Below, piece by piece: positions 52,810 to 62,721 of a stretch of DNA of 64,000 nucleotides; positions within the stretch are counted from its first letter, which is position 1; each line of letters opens with the position of its first letter. Source of the DNA: Candidatus Heimdallarchaeota archaeon (GTDB lineage: Archaea > Asgardarchaeota > Heimdallarchaeia > JABLTI01); contig JAHLVW010000062.1 in NCBI GenBank assembly GCA_019058275.1, forward strand, positions 201,809 to 265,808, written 5' to 3'. The notes under the pieces were generated by a model that was not told the origin of the DNA, did not search any database, and worked only from the letters and a program-made list of their open reading frames with translations. A program made the translations under genes and the position numbers.

Positions 52810-53335
52810 ATATCGATTTTTTTACAAAATTCCACAAATAGGATAATCAATATGCTCAACTATCAATCCTCTAAATATTCTTTATGAAATAGAGATTTGC
52901 TTTCAGGACAAATTAGAATTTTTTTGTTTTTATTAATATTTAATTTAGATAGAATATATAGAATTCTTTTCAAAAGAAATCCTTGAATTACATTAATTTC
53001 ATTTTTTCCTCAATTTTGGGTTCATTTTTGTTACATTGATATGAATCTGATCTTACATTTACATAAGGAAATCTAAATCGTTTTTTGCCTTGATGTTTTT
53101 AAAATGCTCATGTCTGATTTTTCTAAATCTATGGAAAATAAATATCAATATGATAAATGTTACAAAAAAACACAACAACTGATAATGTAATGATTGTTGG
53201 TATGCTTAACCTCATTATTATAATTTTAAGAATAACCATAATTATAATAGTAAGACCTATGAAAAACTCAATCATTAAGCACTCAGATAATTCTGTTCTA
53301 TCATCTGTTTCCGTTATACTAAAAGGATCTAGTCA
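52810..53335 (-). pseudogene. Decayed paralogue of the membrane RING protein
   Basis: Minus strand gives hydrophobic segments, then ICPESKSLFHKEYLED* and, after a frameshift, VEHIDYPICG, matching CPYCNSLYHKDHFQQW...CPVC; ends approximate. Confidence 0.65.
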
Positions 53336-53393
53336 TCGATATTTGAATATTAACTAAATCATTTTCCTTAAAATTCTACATGAATGAATTTAA

Positions 53394-53413
53394 GGTCTTA
53401 TATTTATGAGACT
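53394..53413. repeat. Palindrome P1, copy 3 (GGTCTTA-tattta-TGAGACT)
   Basis: One mismatch in the core; lies 6 bp past the RING gene stop. Confidence 0.8.
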
Positions 53414-53419
53414 TAAATT

Positions 53420-53881
53420 TTAATTCTTAGTTTTTTTATAGGTTTTTAAAGCATACTTGTAAAAATCTTGGTTACAAACTGGACAAGAAGTGTCTATATT
53501 TAGCCATTGTTGGAAATGATCCTTATGATATAATGAATTACAGTATGGGCATGTATAAATCATCTTGTGTTTATCAATTTCTAGTTTGCAAATCATGCAT
53601 TCAATATTTTGTTTTTTTGGATAATATTTCGACGGTCTTAGATACATAATGATAAGTTCTTTTTTTGTAATCGGTTCGCTAGCAGATGTAAAAACTGTAA
53701 TTAAACACAGAAGGGAAATAATAATCGATGAAACCAGAATTAAAACGAGTATTGTTTTTAGGGCGACACTAATTTGTTCTAATGTTAACATAAGTGTTAA
53801 TGATATTATACCCAAAATAAAAAAGAAGATTGTAAAAAGCATACTTGATTTTAAAGATAAATCCTTGCCTATAATTTTCAT
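53420..53881 (-). CDS. Two-TM protein with C-terminal RING finger (putative E3 ligase)
   Basis: CMIC...CPYC...YH..H...W.....CPVC. Confidence 0.82.
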   Translation of the reverse strand: MKIIGKDLSLKSSMLFTIFFFILGIISLTLMLTLEQISVALKTILVLILVSSIIISLLCLITVFTSASEPITKKELIIMYLRPSKYYPKKQNIECMICKLEIDKHKMIYTCPYCNSLYHKDHFQQWLNIDTSCPVCNQDFYKYALKTYKKTKN

Positions 53882-53977
53882 TCACCAATTAGATGTACTT
53901 CCCTATTAACGTTGATTTATGTAACCTATTATTTAAAGCTATTACTGTTAATTTTTCTATGACTGTTAGAAAATTAT

Positions 53978-53997
53978 AGTCTTAAAAATATAAGACT
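53978..53997. repeat. Palindrome P1, copy 4 (AGTCTTA-aaaata-TAAGACT)
   Basis: Perfect arms; reverse strand shares AAATGGAAGTCTTATA with copy 1. Confidence 0.9.
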
Positions 53998-54194
53998 TCC
54001 ATTTCACCATATGTATAATTCAATTATGCTAGGGCAAAATAGCTTAAAATATGATTCGAGAGATACTTTTTGATCCTTTTCTTACAAACAACTGGAGATT
54101 CTCTGGATATATGATAATGAGTATTATCATATATTCAGTATATAAAGGAATATATAAAGAAAAAGGAAAGAAATTGATACCCAAAAACGCTAGA

Positions 54195-55382
54195 TTATGC
54201 TTTTTTCTTCTTAAAATTGTGTAAAAGTGGTATCAGTACTATAGGTAATAATGTAATAAAAATTGTAAATCCTGGTATTGATAATGTCGGAATTGTGTCC
54301 TCTGAGTGTACAATAGAAAAAATCACACTTTCTATTCTAAAAGTCTGAAATAGGTCTATCACTTTTACTTCTACTTCATGTATTCCCTCATCTATATTAT
54401 TAATGGTATATTCTGTGTCCAATCCAACTTTTATCCAATCTTCTGCATCAATTTTAATTTCGTAATGGTTTATTTCTGAATCTTGATCAGATCCTTCCCA
54501 AGAAATAGTTACATTTTTTGATTCAATTGTTGTGCCATTAGTGGGATCAGTTATTGTTAAGGATGGTGCATTATCATCGATCATTCCATCAATCCAGAGA
54601 GTCGCAGATATGTCATAAATACAAGCAGTTGCTTCTGAAACAGTCTCACCACTTGCAAAATTAATACTTAGATAATTTACATGTTTGTCAACTCCAGTAT
54701 TTCAATAATGACCAATAATTAAATCACCTGTATTTGTATCATAAAGTTCACTGTATAATCCAGAAGAATTTCTGACAAGATGTTCATTTAAATCACCAGA
54801 ATAACCAATGTCGCCATAATTTGTTTCATATCTTTCTTTGATACCATTTGGATATGCAACAGCGACATGCTTTCCACCACTACCTGTCCAGCCATCCCAA
54901 ATGCCTGCAAAATTTAAATATTGACTTTCAGAAGGAATGGTATCACCAATATAATTACCTAGATAATCATAATAGCTACTTGTAATTAATTTGAAAGACA
55001 GTAAATCATCAATACTTAGCATTGTGTAATTAAAACTAGCAAATATCTCAAAGTCTGTACAATTTCCATAATCATCCCATGTTAGAACATAATTTTCTGA
55101 TTCACATTCAGAAGATCCTTCATTATAAAAGAAATATATCTCATCACTAGTATTAAAGCTATCAACATGTGGACTATCATCATATAATCTAAATGCCCTG
55201 AAATCTGTGAATTGTAATCCATGAGTTGATTCTGGAGATATGAACAGACCTTCAGTAAGGATATTTTCACTAAAAGCATAATTATTCAATGGTTGTAAAT
55301 TACCCGCAAAAAACACTAAACCTAGTATTATAGCTCTACATAAAAATATGAGAATTTTTTGATATTCTTCATTTTTCCCCAA
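54195..55382 (-). pseudogene. Secreted surface protein with Ig-like domain and PGF-type C-terminal anchor, split by one TGA (54702)
   Basis: The two ORFs are in frame with an open linker after the stop; ends IPGF-TM-KKKKA. Confidence 0.72.
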
Positions 55383-55475
55383 CCTCTTACGTTCTTATCA
55401 TTATTATGAAAGAGTTAAACTTAGTATAATAATAAAAAAATTAATTAAAAAACATGTTTATTTTTCAAAAGGGAT

Positions 55476-55988
55476 TTAGAGCCTTTTTAATAGATTAACT
55501 AAATTTTCAGGAGAATCTATGGAAATTATTGTATCAGATCTCTTATTATCTAATTTTTTACCGACTAATTCACCAGACCAACCTTGTATGTTGAATGCAA
55601 AAATTGGTTTTCCTATTTGCCATGCAAAAGCTATTTCACTTAATGTTCCAGATCCTCCTCCAATAGCAACAACAGCATCACCAGAAGCAGTAATAATTTG
55701 GTTTCTTGCGTAACTCATGCCTGTGGCTATAACAATATCACAATATTCATTGGCATCATTTGGTTGTAGTGATTGAATTACCCCAATTATATCCCCATCT
55801 TGGTGTTTTTCGGATGATCTAGCTCCTTTACTTACAGCTTCCATGATTCCACCATATCCTCCAGAAATAACTCGATAACCATTATCTATAAGCAATTTAC
55901 CTACTTTGAAAGCTATATCACATGCTTCTTGAGTGCATGTTTGTGCACCACCGCCTATTATAGCAATAATCGTCTTTCTTTTCATCAA
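55476..55988 (-). CDS. LOG/SLOG family nucleotide-binding protein (TIGR00725-like)
   Basis: SGGYGGIMEA, ARN, GGGSGTLSEI. Confidence 0.88.
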   Translation of the reverse strand: MMKRKTIIAIIGGGAQTCTQEACDIAFKVGKLLIDNGYRVISGGYGGIMEAVSKGARSSEKHQDGDIIGVIQSLQPNDANEYCDIVIATGMSYARNQIITASGDAVVAIGGGSGTLSEIAFAWQIGKPIFAFNIQGWSGELVGKKLDNKRSDTIISIDSPENLVNLLKRL

Positions 55989-56161
55989 ACATCACTTGTG
56001 TCCTTTACTTATTAACATACAATTAAATAAATACTGCAAGTTTATTCCATTTAATCGAGTTCTTAGTAACAATATATGTTATATAGGATTAAAAACATCT
56101 TATCTGTTGTATTAATCCTAAAGATAAAAATCAAACATTATGTCTTGAGAAACAAGAGATT

Positions 56162-57631
56162 GTGAGGGGAACCATTTTGGATGTTCAAGAGAGTAATGGA
56201 GAGGTCTTGCAAATAAATAAAAGTCATAAAAGAATTGCTTCTTTTGATTTCTTTAGAGGACTTTCCATTTGGTTTATGACTTTAATGCATACCTTTGAGC
56301 ATTTATATGATTATACTTGGGTAAAGGAAAATCCTGAGAAAATTCTTGAGTTACCTATTCCATTGTTAATTATTGGTTTGGTTCTTGGTTTCTTCTTAAG
56401 CTGGAATTCATTCTTTCTTTTAATATCTGCAATTGTTAATTCCTTAACTATGACGAGAAGAGCTCGTGAAGAGGCTGAACCCAAAAGAATTCTAGCAAAA
56501 CAAACAATGAGCGGAGTAGGTATATTATTAGCTGGCGTATTTGCTGATAATCTAGGTTATTGGGGTTATTTCGGACAAGCATTACTTACTGGTAATTGGC
56601 GAGATACTTATCCTTTATGGGCTAGATTTTTTGCTATGCACACACTACAGATTATTGGTTGGTCTATGATTATTACAGGTATTGTACAATACTTCCTTTT
56701 AAGGAAAAATGGTTTCGAGAAATTTATTAGAAATATCATAATCTGTTCAGTAATCATAGTAGCTATTTTAGTTAGTAGTACTTTTATTCAAAACTGGGTT
56801 GATCGATTGCCTTGGGAAATACCAATCAACCCACCAGTCGGTTTATCAGATAATACAAAATGGCCTAGTATATATTTCCAAGCTCAAAATGCTTCACTAC
56901 TCGCATGGTTCATGACAATAATGGCGGGTGATATGATACCTCTGTTTCCGTATTTAGCTACAGCTTTTCTGGGAATAATGATTGGTATGGTTTTAGCTAG
57001 ACCCAAACCAGTTAAACGTTTACCACTAATTGGTGGTTTAAGCTCTCTTGGATTAATGGGTCTTGGTGGAATACTTGCAGCTTTTGGCTTTTATAACTTA
57101 AGCAATGCTCGAGCAACAATAGGTAATTATCTTCTAATAACAGGTGGACAACTAGCTTTTACTTTCTTATTTTTGTGGTTAATAGAATATAGAGGAAATG
57201 GAAAGAAATTTGCTCAAAGCAAAATTGTGAAGCATTTTAGATTATGGGGAATGGCATCTCTAACAATATATTGTTTGCAAATATTTGAAATATTACCGCG
57301 ATTTCTTCTCACCCGAATATTAAGACCATTTCGATCAGATCTTAATTTATTGAATTCTTCAGTTTTTGGCTATGGTCAAGAACATTATGCTCTTTTAGTA
57401 GGATTATTCTCTATAATGTTTTTTGAATTGTTGATTTTTCTCTGGTCTAAGCTTAACTTTAAATTTGGGTTTGAATGGTTTGTCATACGCTTCTCAAGTA
57501 TTGGTAGTAGATACGTGTCATCTCGTTTAAATGTAGATCTTATAATGAACAAAGTTTATTGGGTGAATTATAAGGAAATATTATTGGAATCAGAATTACA
57601 AACTAAATCTCTTCCACTAGATGCATTGTAA
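56162..57631 (+). CDS. Polytopic membrane acyltransferase-like protein (HGSNAT/DUF1624-like)
   Basis: RIASFDFFRG..I..M...H, LQIIG, PLFPY, SLTIY. Confidence 0.75.
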   Translation: MRGTILDVQESNGEVLQINKSHKRIASFDFFRGLSIWFMTLMHTFEHLYDYTWVKENPEKILELPIPLLIIGLVLGFFLSWNSFFLLISAIVNSLTMTRRAREEAEPKRILAKQTMSGVGILLAGVFADNLGYWGYFGQALLTGNWRDTYPLWARFFAMHTLQIIGWSMIITGIVQYFLLRKNGFEKFIRNIIICSVIIVAILVSSTFIQNWVDRLPWEIPINPPVGLSDNTKWPSIYFQAQNASLLAWFMTIMAGDMIPLFPYLATAFLGIMIGMVLARPKPVKRLPLIGGLSSLGLMGLGGILAAFGFYNLSNARATIGNYLLITGGQLAFTFLFLWLIEYRGNGKKFAQSKIVKHFRLWGMASLTIYCLQIFEILPRFLLTRILRPFRSDLNLLNSSVFGYGQEHYALLVGLFSIMFFELLIFLWSKLNFKFGFEWFVIRFSSIGSRYVSSRLNVDLIMNKVYWVNYKEILLESELQTKSLPLDAL

Positions 57632-57641
57632 TATCTTTATC

Positions 57642-57661
57642 GGTCTTGTTTTTTTAAGACC
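57642..57661. repeat. Palindrome P1, copy 5 (GGTCTTG-tttttt-TAAGACC)
   Basis: One mismatch; 10 bp past the stop at 57631. Confidence 0.8.
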
Positions 57662-57745
57662 TCTATCTTCCCATATTTTCTTTACTAAGTCATTAATATT
57701 TCAATAAATTATTTATTAAAATATTAATCTAACTAAACTAGTTAT

Positions 57746-57763
57746 TCGTCGATAAATCGACGA
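57746..57763. repeat. Palindrome P2, copy 2 (TCGTCGA-taaa-TCGACGA)
   Basis: Same arms and spacer length as copy 1. Confidence 0.85.
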
Positions 57764-57951
57764 TAGTATGGAATGTAAAAATGGTTAATTGAAAAATTAA
57801 TAGTATAGATAATTATTTAATTAAAAAAATTCTTTTAAAGAATTTCAATCTTTAGATTTGATAGACTAGGAAAATTACATGTTTAGATAAACTTTAAACA
57901 TAAGAAAAGTATCTACAAATAAAAATACTCTAAACGACAAAAATAGCTTAG

Positions 57952-58392
57952 TTGGGTAATATCTTGTCAGTAAAAAGAATATTCCAGAAAAAGAACAATA
58001 ATTCACAAGAACAGATAGTATTTGTTGCTGACAACACTCCAAAAGAACTATCAAACATAGTTTCAGATCTTATTTCTATGAGAGGTATTTTAAGATTAGA
58101 TGTTATACAAAAATCTGGAAAAACATTATATTCATATAACAGATGGGGGAAATTAGCTAAAACACTTGAAGAAAATGAGTCATTATCTATCATAAATAGT
58201 ATAAAGAAAAAACTATCAAAAATAGACAAAAAACAAGTTAATCAAATAATTATTAGAGCAGACGATGTTAATTTTATTGCTTTTTCAACATTAAAAATCA
58301 TAGCAATACTTCAGTGTGATAAAAAAGCAAAATTACCTATGGTTACTATAAAAACCAAAAGAATTGCTACTAAGATTACAGAAATGATTTAG
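57952..58392 (+). CDS. Roadblock/LC7-like protein
   Basis: GILRLDVIQKSGKTLYS, QIIIRA, and AKLPMV..KTKRIA terminal helix. Confidence 0.65.
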   Translation: MGNILSVKRIFQKKNNNSQEQIVFVADNTPKELSNIVSDLISMRGILRLDVIQKSGKTLYSYNRWGKLAKTLEENESLSIINSIKKKLSKIDKKQVNQIIIRADDVNFIAFSTLKIIAILQCDKKAKLPMVTIKTKRIATKITEMI

Positions 58393-58456
58393 TAATGTTT
58401 AATGGTTATTTTTTTAGACAAAGAAGTTAAAAGTAAGTTAGCTAATAGTAAAAATT

Positions 58457-59119
58457 ATGACTTCACCTAAGGTCAACAATTCTAAGAACATAATTACTAA
58501 GAAGACTTTAGAAACAGACATGCCTTTAGAAAAAAGAAGGAATCATATTGTTAAAGTATCAATTGCTGGAATTGGTGGAGTTGGAAAAACAACATTATGT
58601 CAAAGAGCAATGGGTACAATTCTAGATGACTACTTTGACAATTACAAAATTACTATTGGTGTACAATTCTTTACACATAATGTTAACACAGATATGGGTG
58701 AAATAGTCTTATCTGTTTGGGATTTAGCTGGGCAACCACAATTTCAGCAAATAATGAATAGATTTCTTACAGGCAGTAAAGGAATTATCTTAGCTTATGA
58801 TTCAACCATTATTGACTCATATTTCTCCTTGCATTATTCATGGATTCCATTGATAAAGGAGCACTGTGTTAAAGATGTTCCAATTCTGTTAATATCAACT
58901 AAGAATGACCTGTTAGATCATAGAGAAGTTGATCCTGACCAAGTTAAAGAATTTATTAATTCTAAAGAGGAGCATGGATTAAACATTATTGGATTCATGG
59001 AAACCTCATCAAAAAGCAACATTAATGTTAGAGAAACTTTCGAATCATTATGTAAGAATATTGTACAAACTGAAATTAACAAATATCACCAAGAACAAAA
59101 TAAACTAGAAGAAAATTAG
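58457..59119 (+). CDS. Rab-like small GTPase
   Basis: GIGGVGKT, TIGVQF, WDLAGQ, TKND, ETSSK; no C-terminal Cys. Confidence 0.92.
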   Translation: MTSPKVNNSKNIITKKTLETDMPLEKRRNHIVKVSIAGIGGVGKTTLCQRAMGTILDDYFDNYKITIGVQFFTHNVNTDMGEIVLSVWDLAGQPQFQQIMNRFLTGSKGIILAYDSTIIDSYFSLHYSWIPLIKEHCVKDVPILLISTKNDLLDHREVDPDQVKEFINSKEEHGLNIIGFMETSSKSNINVRETFESLCKNIVQTEINKYHQEQNKLEEN

Positions 59120-60810
59120 ATAATGCATATATTAATTGCTTCATTGAATATTTTAATGAATTTAATAAAAACCGATTCAAACATATTGATAGTCACTATT
59201 CCCAAATCAGTGTATTTTGGTGTAATAAATAAGTCTAAAACAAGTTTAATATGGTTCTGTTTGAGTTTATCAGTAGCATAAAGATGGATATTACACTATA
59301 ACTCGATTTTATCTCCATTATTTACATTATCTGCTTTGAGATCCTTTAGAACATCCTTTATAGTGTACAAATTCTCATTATGAATTATTTTGGGTTCAGA
59401 TTTAAATTCATCAGATAGCATTTCAATTAATTCAGTTATCAGTTGTTTCAAATTATCTACATTGATATCTGTATCAAAATAGTAGCTCTCAAGTATTGAT
59501 TGTTCCATTACTGTTGGAAGAATACTCCTTATATCTAAAATTGAAATATACTGTTCAGATAACACTATATCTTCTTTTTTATTAAGCCAATTATGAATGA
59601 TTATTTGTCTTATATCATACTCATTATCATCAGATTGAATTTTATTCAAATTATCATTCGCAAATTCTAGTGTATTTGCAATTATGTTATTATCTTCATT
59701 AAATCGTGGAAAACAAAGAAGAGTTTTTTGTTTTAGATTAGCTGCCAAGATGTAATGGTTTAATGGAGTAAAATACTCAAATAGATTTAACTGTAAATCA
59801 CATTGGTCTGGTAACCGTTCAATTCTATCAATAATTAAATCTTCTTTGAAATTTATGGGAACATCTTCTTGAATTTTTACAAATGATTCCAACTTGTTAG
59901 ATTCATCAAAGATCCATAAACGATAAGGTTTAATTTCATATGAATCGACTAAATCACTAATATCTAAATTAGTTCTATAATATTGAGCAATAAATGGATT
60001 TAATTGAGCAGATAATGCAATAATTGCATCTAAAAGATTCTCATCCACACCTTCAAGAACTAATGCTGATAAGTAGGGTTCTATCTCATCAAAATTCTGA
60101 ATTAAGGAAAATTCCTTTGCAAAATATATGAGTTTAATTAATTCGTCCTCTACTACTCTAGTAAAGGTTTCAATATCAGAAATATCTTCTATTTGTTTTA
60201 TGAAATCAATACAATAATCATTTATCATTCCATTAAAAACAATATTGTTTTCGAGATCTACTATTAATGAACTAAAATAAAATTGAGCATTCTCAGGTTT
60301 CGTACCAATAATATCTGCAGTGCTTTTATCCAAAGTCCATGAATCAATAGATACTCTCCTGTGTTTTGCAAATATCTCTAAGGATTCAATTGAAGGTATG
60401 ACGCTAGTTTTTTCTCCTGTTATGACTACTTGTTGATTAATAAGTATTCCATAAATTACTTTTGCTAAGTCGTCCTTCAACTTCTTTCTTAAATAGTTGA
60501 ATCCACTCAGGATTCGCAAATTTCGTCTTTGATCTTCACTAAAAATATCTGATTCATGTATATCAGTTAATGTAACATGCGTCCTTACTTTTTGCCTTAG
60601 AACTAAAAAATCATCGAAAAACAATAAGAAAGCTATTTGTTCATTAAGACACTGATGTATAGCAACAATACGAAATATACCACCAATCTCTGAATCTTTA
60701 TCAGATTTTCTTATTGGAACCTCTATCATTTTATGACAAATATCACAATTTACTGATGCAATATTAATAATATGATTATTTTTAACTTCAGTAACAGTTT
60801 TGTTTGTCAT
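59116..60810 (-). CDS. Zn-binding CxxC...HxC domain plus DENN-core-like protein; internal TAG at 59296
   Basis: CDIC...HQC, then LAKVIYGILINQQVVITG; frame stays open 59 codons past the TAG to a TAA at 59116 overlapping the Rab stop. Confidence 0.6.
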
Positions 60811-60939
60811 TAATATAAATCCTCAAAATATTTAATCAAGTGGCAATATTAAGTAAAAAAAAGTTAATTTTAACATTATTGATTAGAGCAAATTACTAGA
60901 TAGTCAGCTATATTATTTTCTTAGACCTACAAATATAAC

Positions 60940-61836
60940 TTATGTTTCAAGGATTTTCTTAATATTATCCCAAATTTCTTTAATTTTCGTTGAAACTGGA
61001 TTTTCTTTATATTCAAATACACTTTTTCCCTCAATAATGCTGGTAGGTACAATCTCATCATAAGGAATCTTACCAATAATGTGTTTATTATTTTCTTCAC
61101 AGAACTTTTTAATTTGATTTGAATTATCTAAGTTTAGGTTACATTTGTTTATACAAACAGCAGCTTTTATCTTGAAATGATCTGTTACACATAAAATTCT
61201 TTCAAGATCATGTATCCCACTCAAAGTTGGTTCGACAATAATACAAGCAAGATCCGATCCTGTAATGGATGAGATTACAGGGCAACCTATTCCAGGTGAT
61301 CCATCAATAATTAAATAATCTAAATTGTTATCGACAGCAATGGTTTTTGCTTTCTGCTTTACCTGATCGACTATTCTTCCTGAGCTCCCCTCTCCAATAG
61401 TCATCTCTGCATGAACAAAAAAGCCAAATCTCGTATCAGATTCAAATAATTGTGCAGATAGAACAAGTTCTAATGTTAATGCGTTCTCTGGGCACTGATG
61501 TACACATAAACCACATCCTTCACATTTAAAGAAGTTAATATCAGTAGAATCTATTGCTTCAAATTGACACACTTCTCCACATATATTGCATTGTGTACAT
61601 TTATCAATATCTCGTACAACTTTTTTTGAGATGTATAAATCTTCTTCTTTTTTCTTCAACGGATGCAGAATCAAATGTAAATCAGGAGCATCTACATCTG
61701 CATCAGCAAAAACAGCTTTCCCTCTTGTCAAAAAAGCTAATCCTGCAACAAAAGTAGTTTTTCCTGTTCCTCCCTTTCCACTTATTATAGTGATTTGTTT
61801 AACCATTGTTTTCCACCAAATCTTTAATTTGTGCAA
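60940..61836 (-). CDS. MinD-superfamily P-loop ATPase with inserted 4Fe-4S ferredoxin
   Basis: SGKGGTGKT, DADVD, two CxxCxxCxxxC motifs, DGSPGIGCP. Confidence 0.9.
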   Translation of the reverse strand: MHKLKIWWKTMVKQITIISGKGGTGKTTFVAGLAFLTRGKAVFADADVDAPDLHLILHPLKKKEEDLYISKKVVRDIDKCTQCNICGEVCQFEAIDSTDINFFKCEGCGLCVHQCPENALTLELVLSAQLFESDTRFGFFVHAEMTIGEGSSGRIVDQVKQKAKTIAVDNNLDYLIIDGSPGIGCPVISSITGSDLACIIVEPTLSGIHDLERILCVTDHFKIKAAVCINKCNLNLDNSNQIKKFCEENNKHIIGKIPYDEIVPTSIIEGKSVFEYKENPVSTKIKEIWDNIKKILET

Positions 61837-62674
61837 GTAAATTCAGAAATTTTTTTTGCCAATCCTTTTTATGTTCGACAAGAGGAATTCCTTTAGAATA
61901 TGCTTCTGCTATAGATCGCTCATAAGGGACTTTCATAATAATAGGTATGTTTTCTTTTTCACAGTATTTTTCTATTTCCTTTTCGTAACCCAAACCATAT
62001 CTATTAATTATAATACCTATGAGTAAGCTAAGTTTTTTAGCTACCTCTACTGCAATTTTCAAGTCCCATAAACCAAAAGGAGTTGGTTCCGTTACTAAAA
62101 TGCAGAAGTCAGTTTCATTAATTGTTTCAATGACAGGGCAAGAATTACCAGGTGGAGCATCTAATAGCGAAATGCGAGATTTGTCAATATAGTTTTTCAC
62201 CGCATTAATAACTGGAATAGCTCTTGGTGAGCCAACTCTAAGGTAACCATTAACAAATTCAATATTTTTCATTGATTTACCAATGTTTACTTTACCAACC
62301 TCTTTATCTTGCATTGATATAGCATTTTCAGGACACAGTACTTTACAAGCATTGCAACTCATACATAACTCAGCAAAAAAGATTACATGTTCAGGTAATT
62401 GTGCTAAAGCATTAAACTCACATACTTCTGAACAAATACCACAATTTGTACATTTATTATTATCAATTAAAGGGATATCAACATAGATTGTTTTTGTAGT
62501 ATGGAAGGATGGTTTTAGAAAAATATGTGCATTTGGTTCTTCAACATCGCAATCAAGAAATTGGCAATCACCAATTGAGATTGCCAGACTTGTAGCGATT
62601 ATAGTTTTTCCTGTTCCTCCCTTTCCACTTGCGATGCTAATTTTCATTAGATTGTTACCTACTCGCTTTATCAT
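61799..62674 (-). CDS. MinD-superfamily P-loop ATPase with inserted 4Fe-4S ferredoxin (partner)
   Basis: SGKGGTGKT, DCDVEEPN, two ferredoxin motifs, EPTPFG. Confidence 0.9.
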   Translation of the reverse strand: MIKRVGNNLMKISIASGKGGTGKTIIATSLAISIGDCQFLDCDVEEPNAHIFLKPSFHTTKTIYVDIPLIDNNKCTNCGICSEVCEFNALAQLPEHVIFFAELCMSCNACKVLCPENAISMQDKEVGKVNIGKSMKNIEFVNGYLRVGSPRAIPVINAVKNYIDKSRISLLDAPPGNSCPVIETINETDFCILVTEPTPFGLWDLKIAVEVAKKLSLLIGIIINRYGLGYEKEIEKYCEKENIPIIMKVPYERSIAEAYSKGIPLVEHKKDWQKKFLNLLAQIKDLVENNG

Positions 62675-62721
62675 TTCTTCAGCTTAAATTTAGCTATAGT
62701 AGAGTTTTTTGAACTATACGT

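Noticed and set aside
56141-56159. TGTCTTG-agaaa-CAAGAGA as a further P1 copy (also weak matches near 52766 and 47392)
   Set aside because: Wrong spacer length and several mismatches
3440-57661. P1 copies as a CRISPR array or plain intrinsic terminators
   Set aside because: They are dispersed with no regular spacers or cas genes; constant arm sequence with a fixed 6-bp spacer points to protein recognition rather than hairpin stability
5470-59298. Alternative genetic code (stop-codon reassignment)
   Set aside because: All three stops occur internally and also end intact genes, both TGA and TAG replace Trp, and the same genes carry frameshifts; mutation or error explains this better
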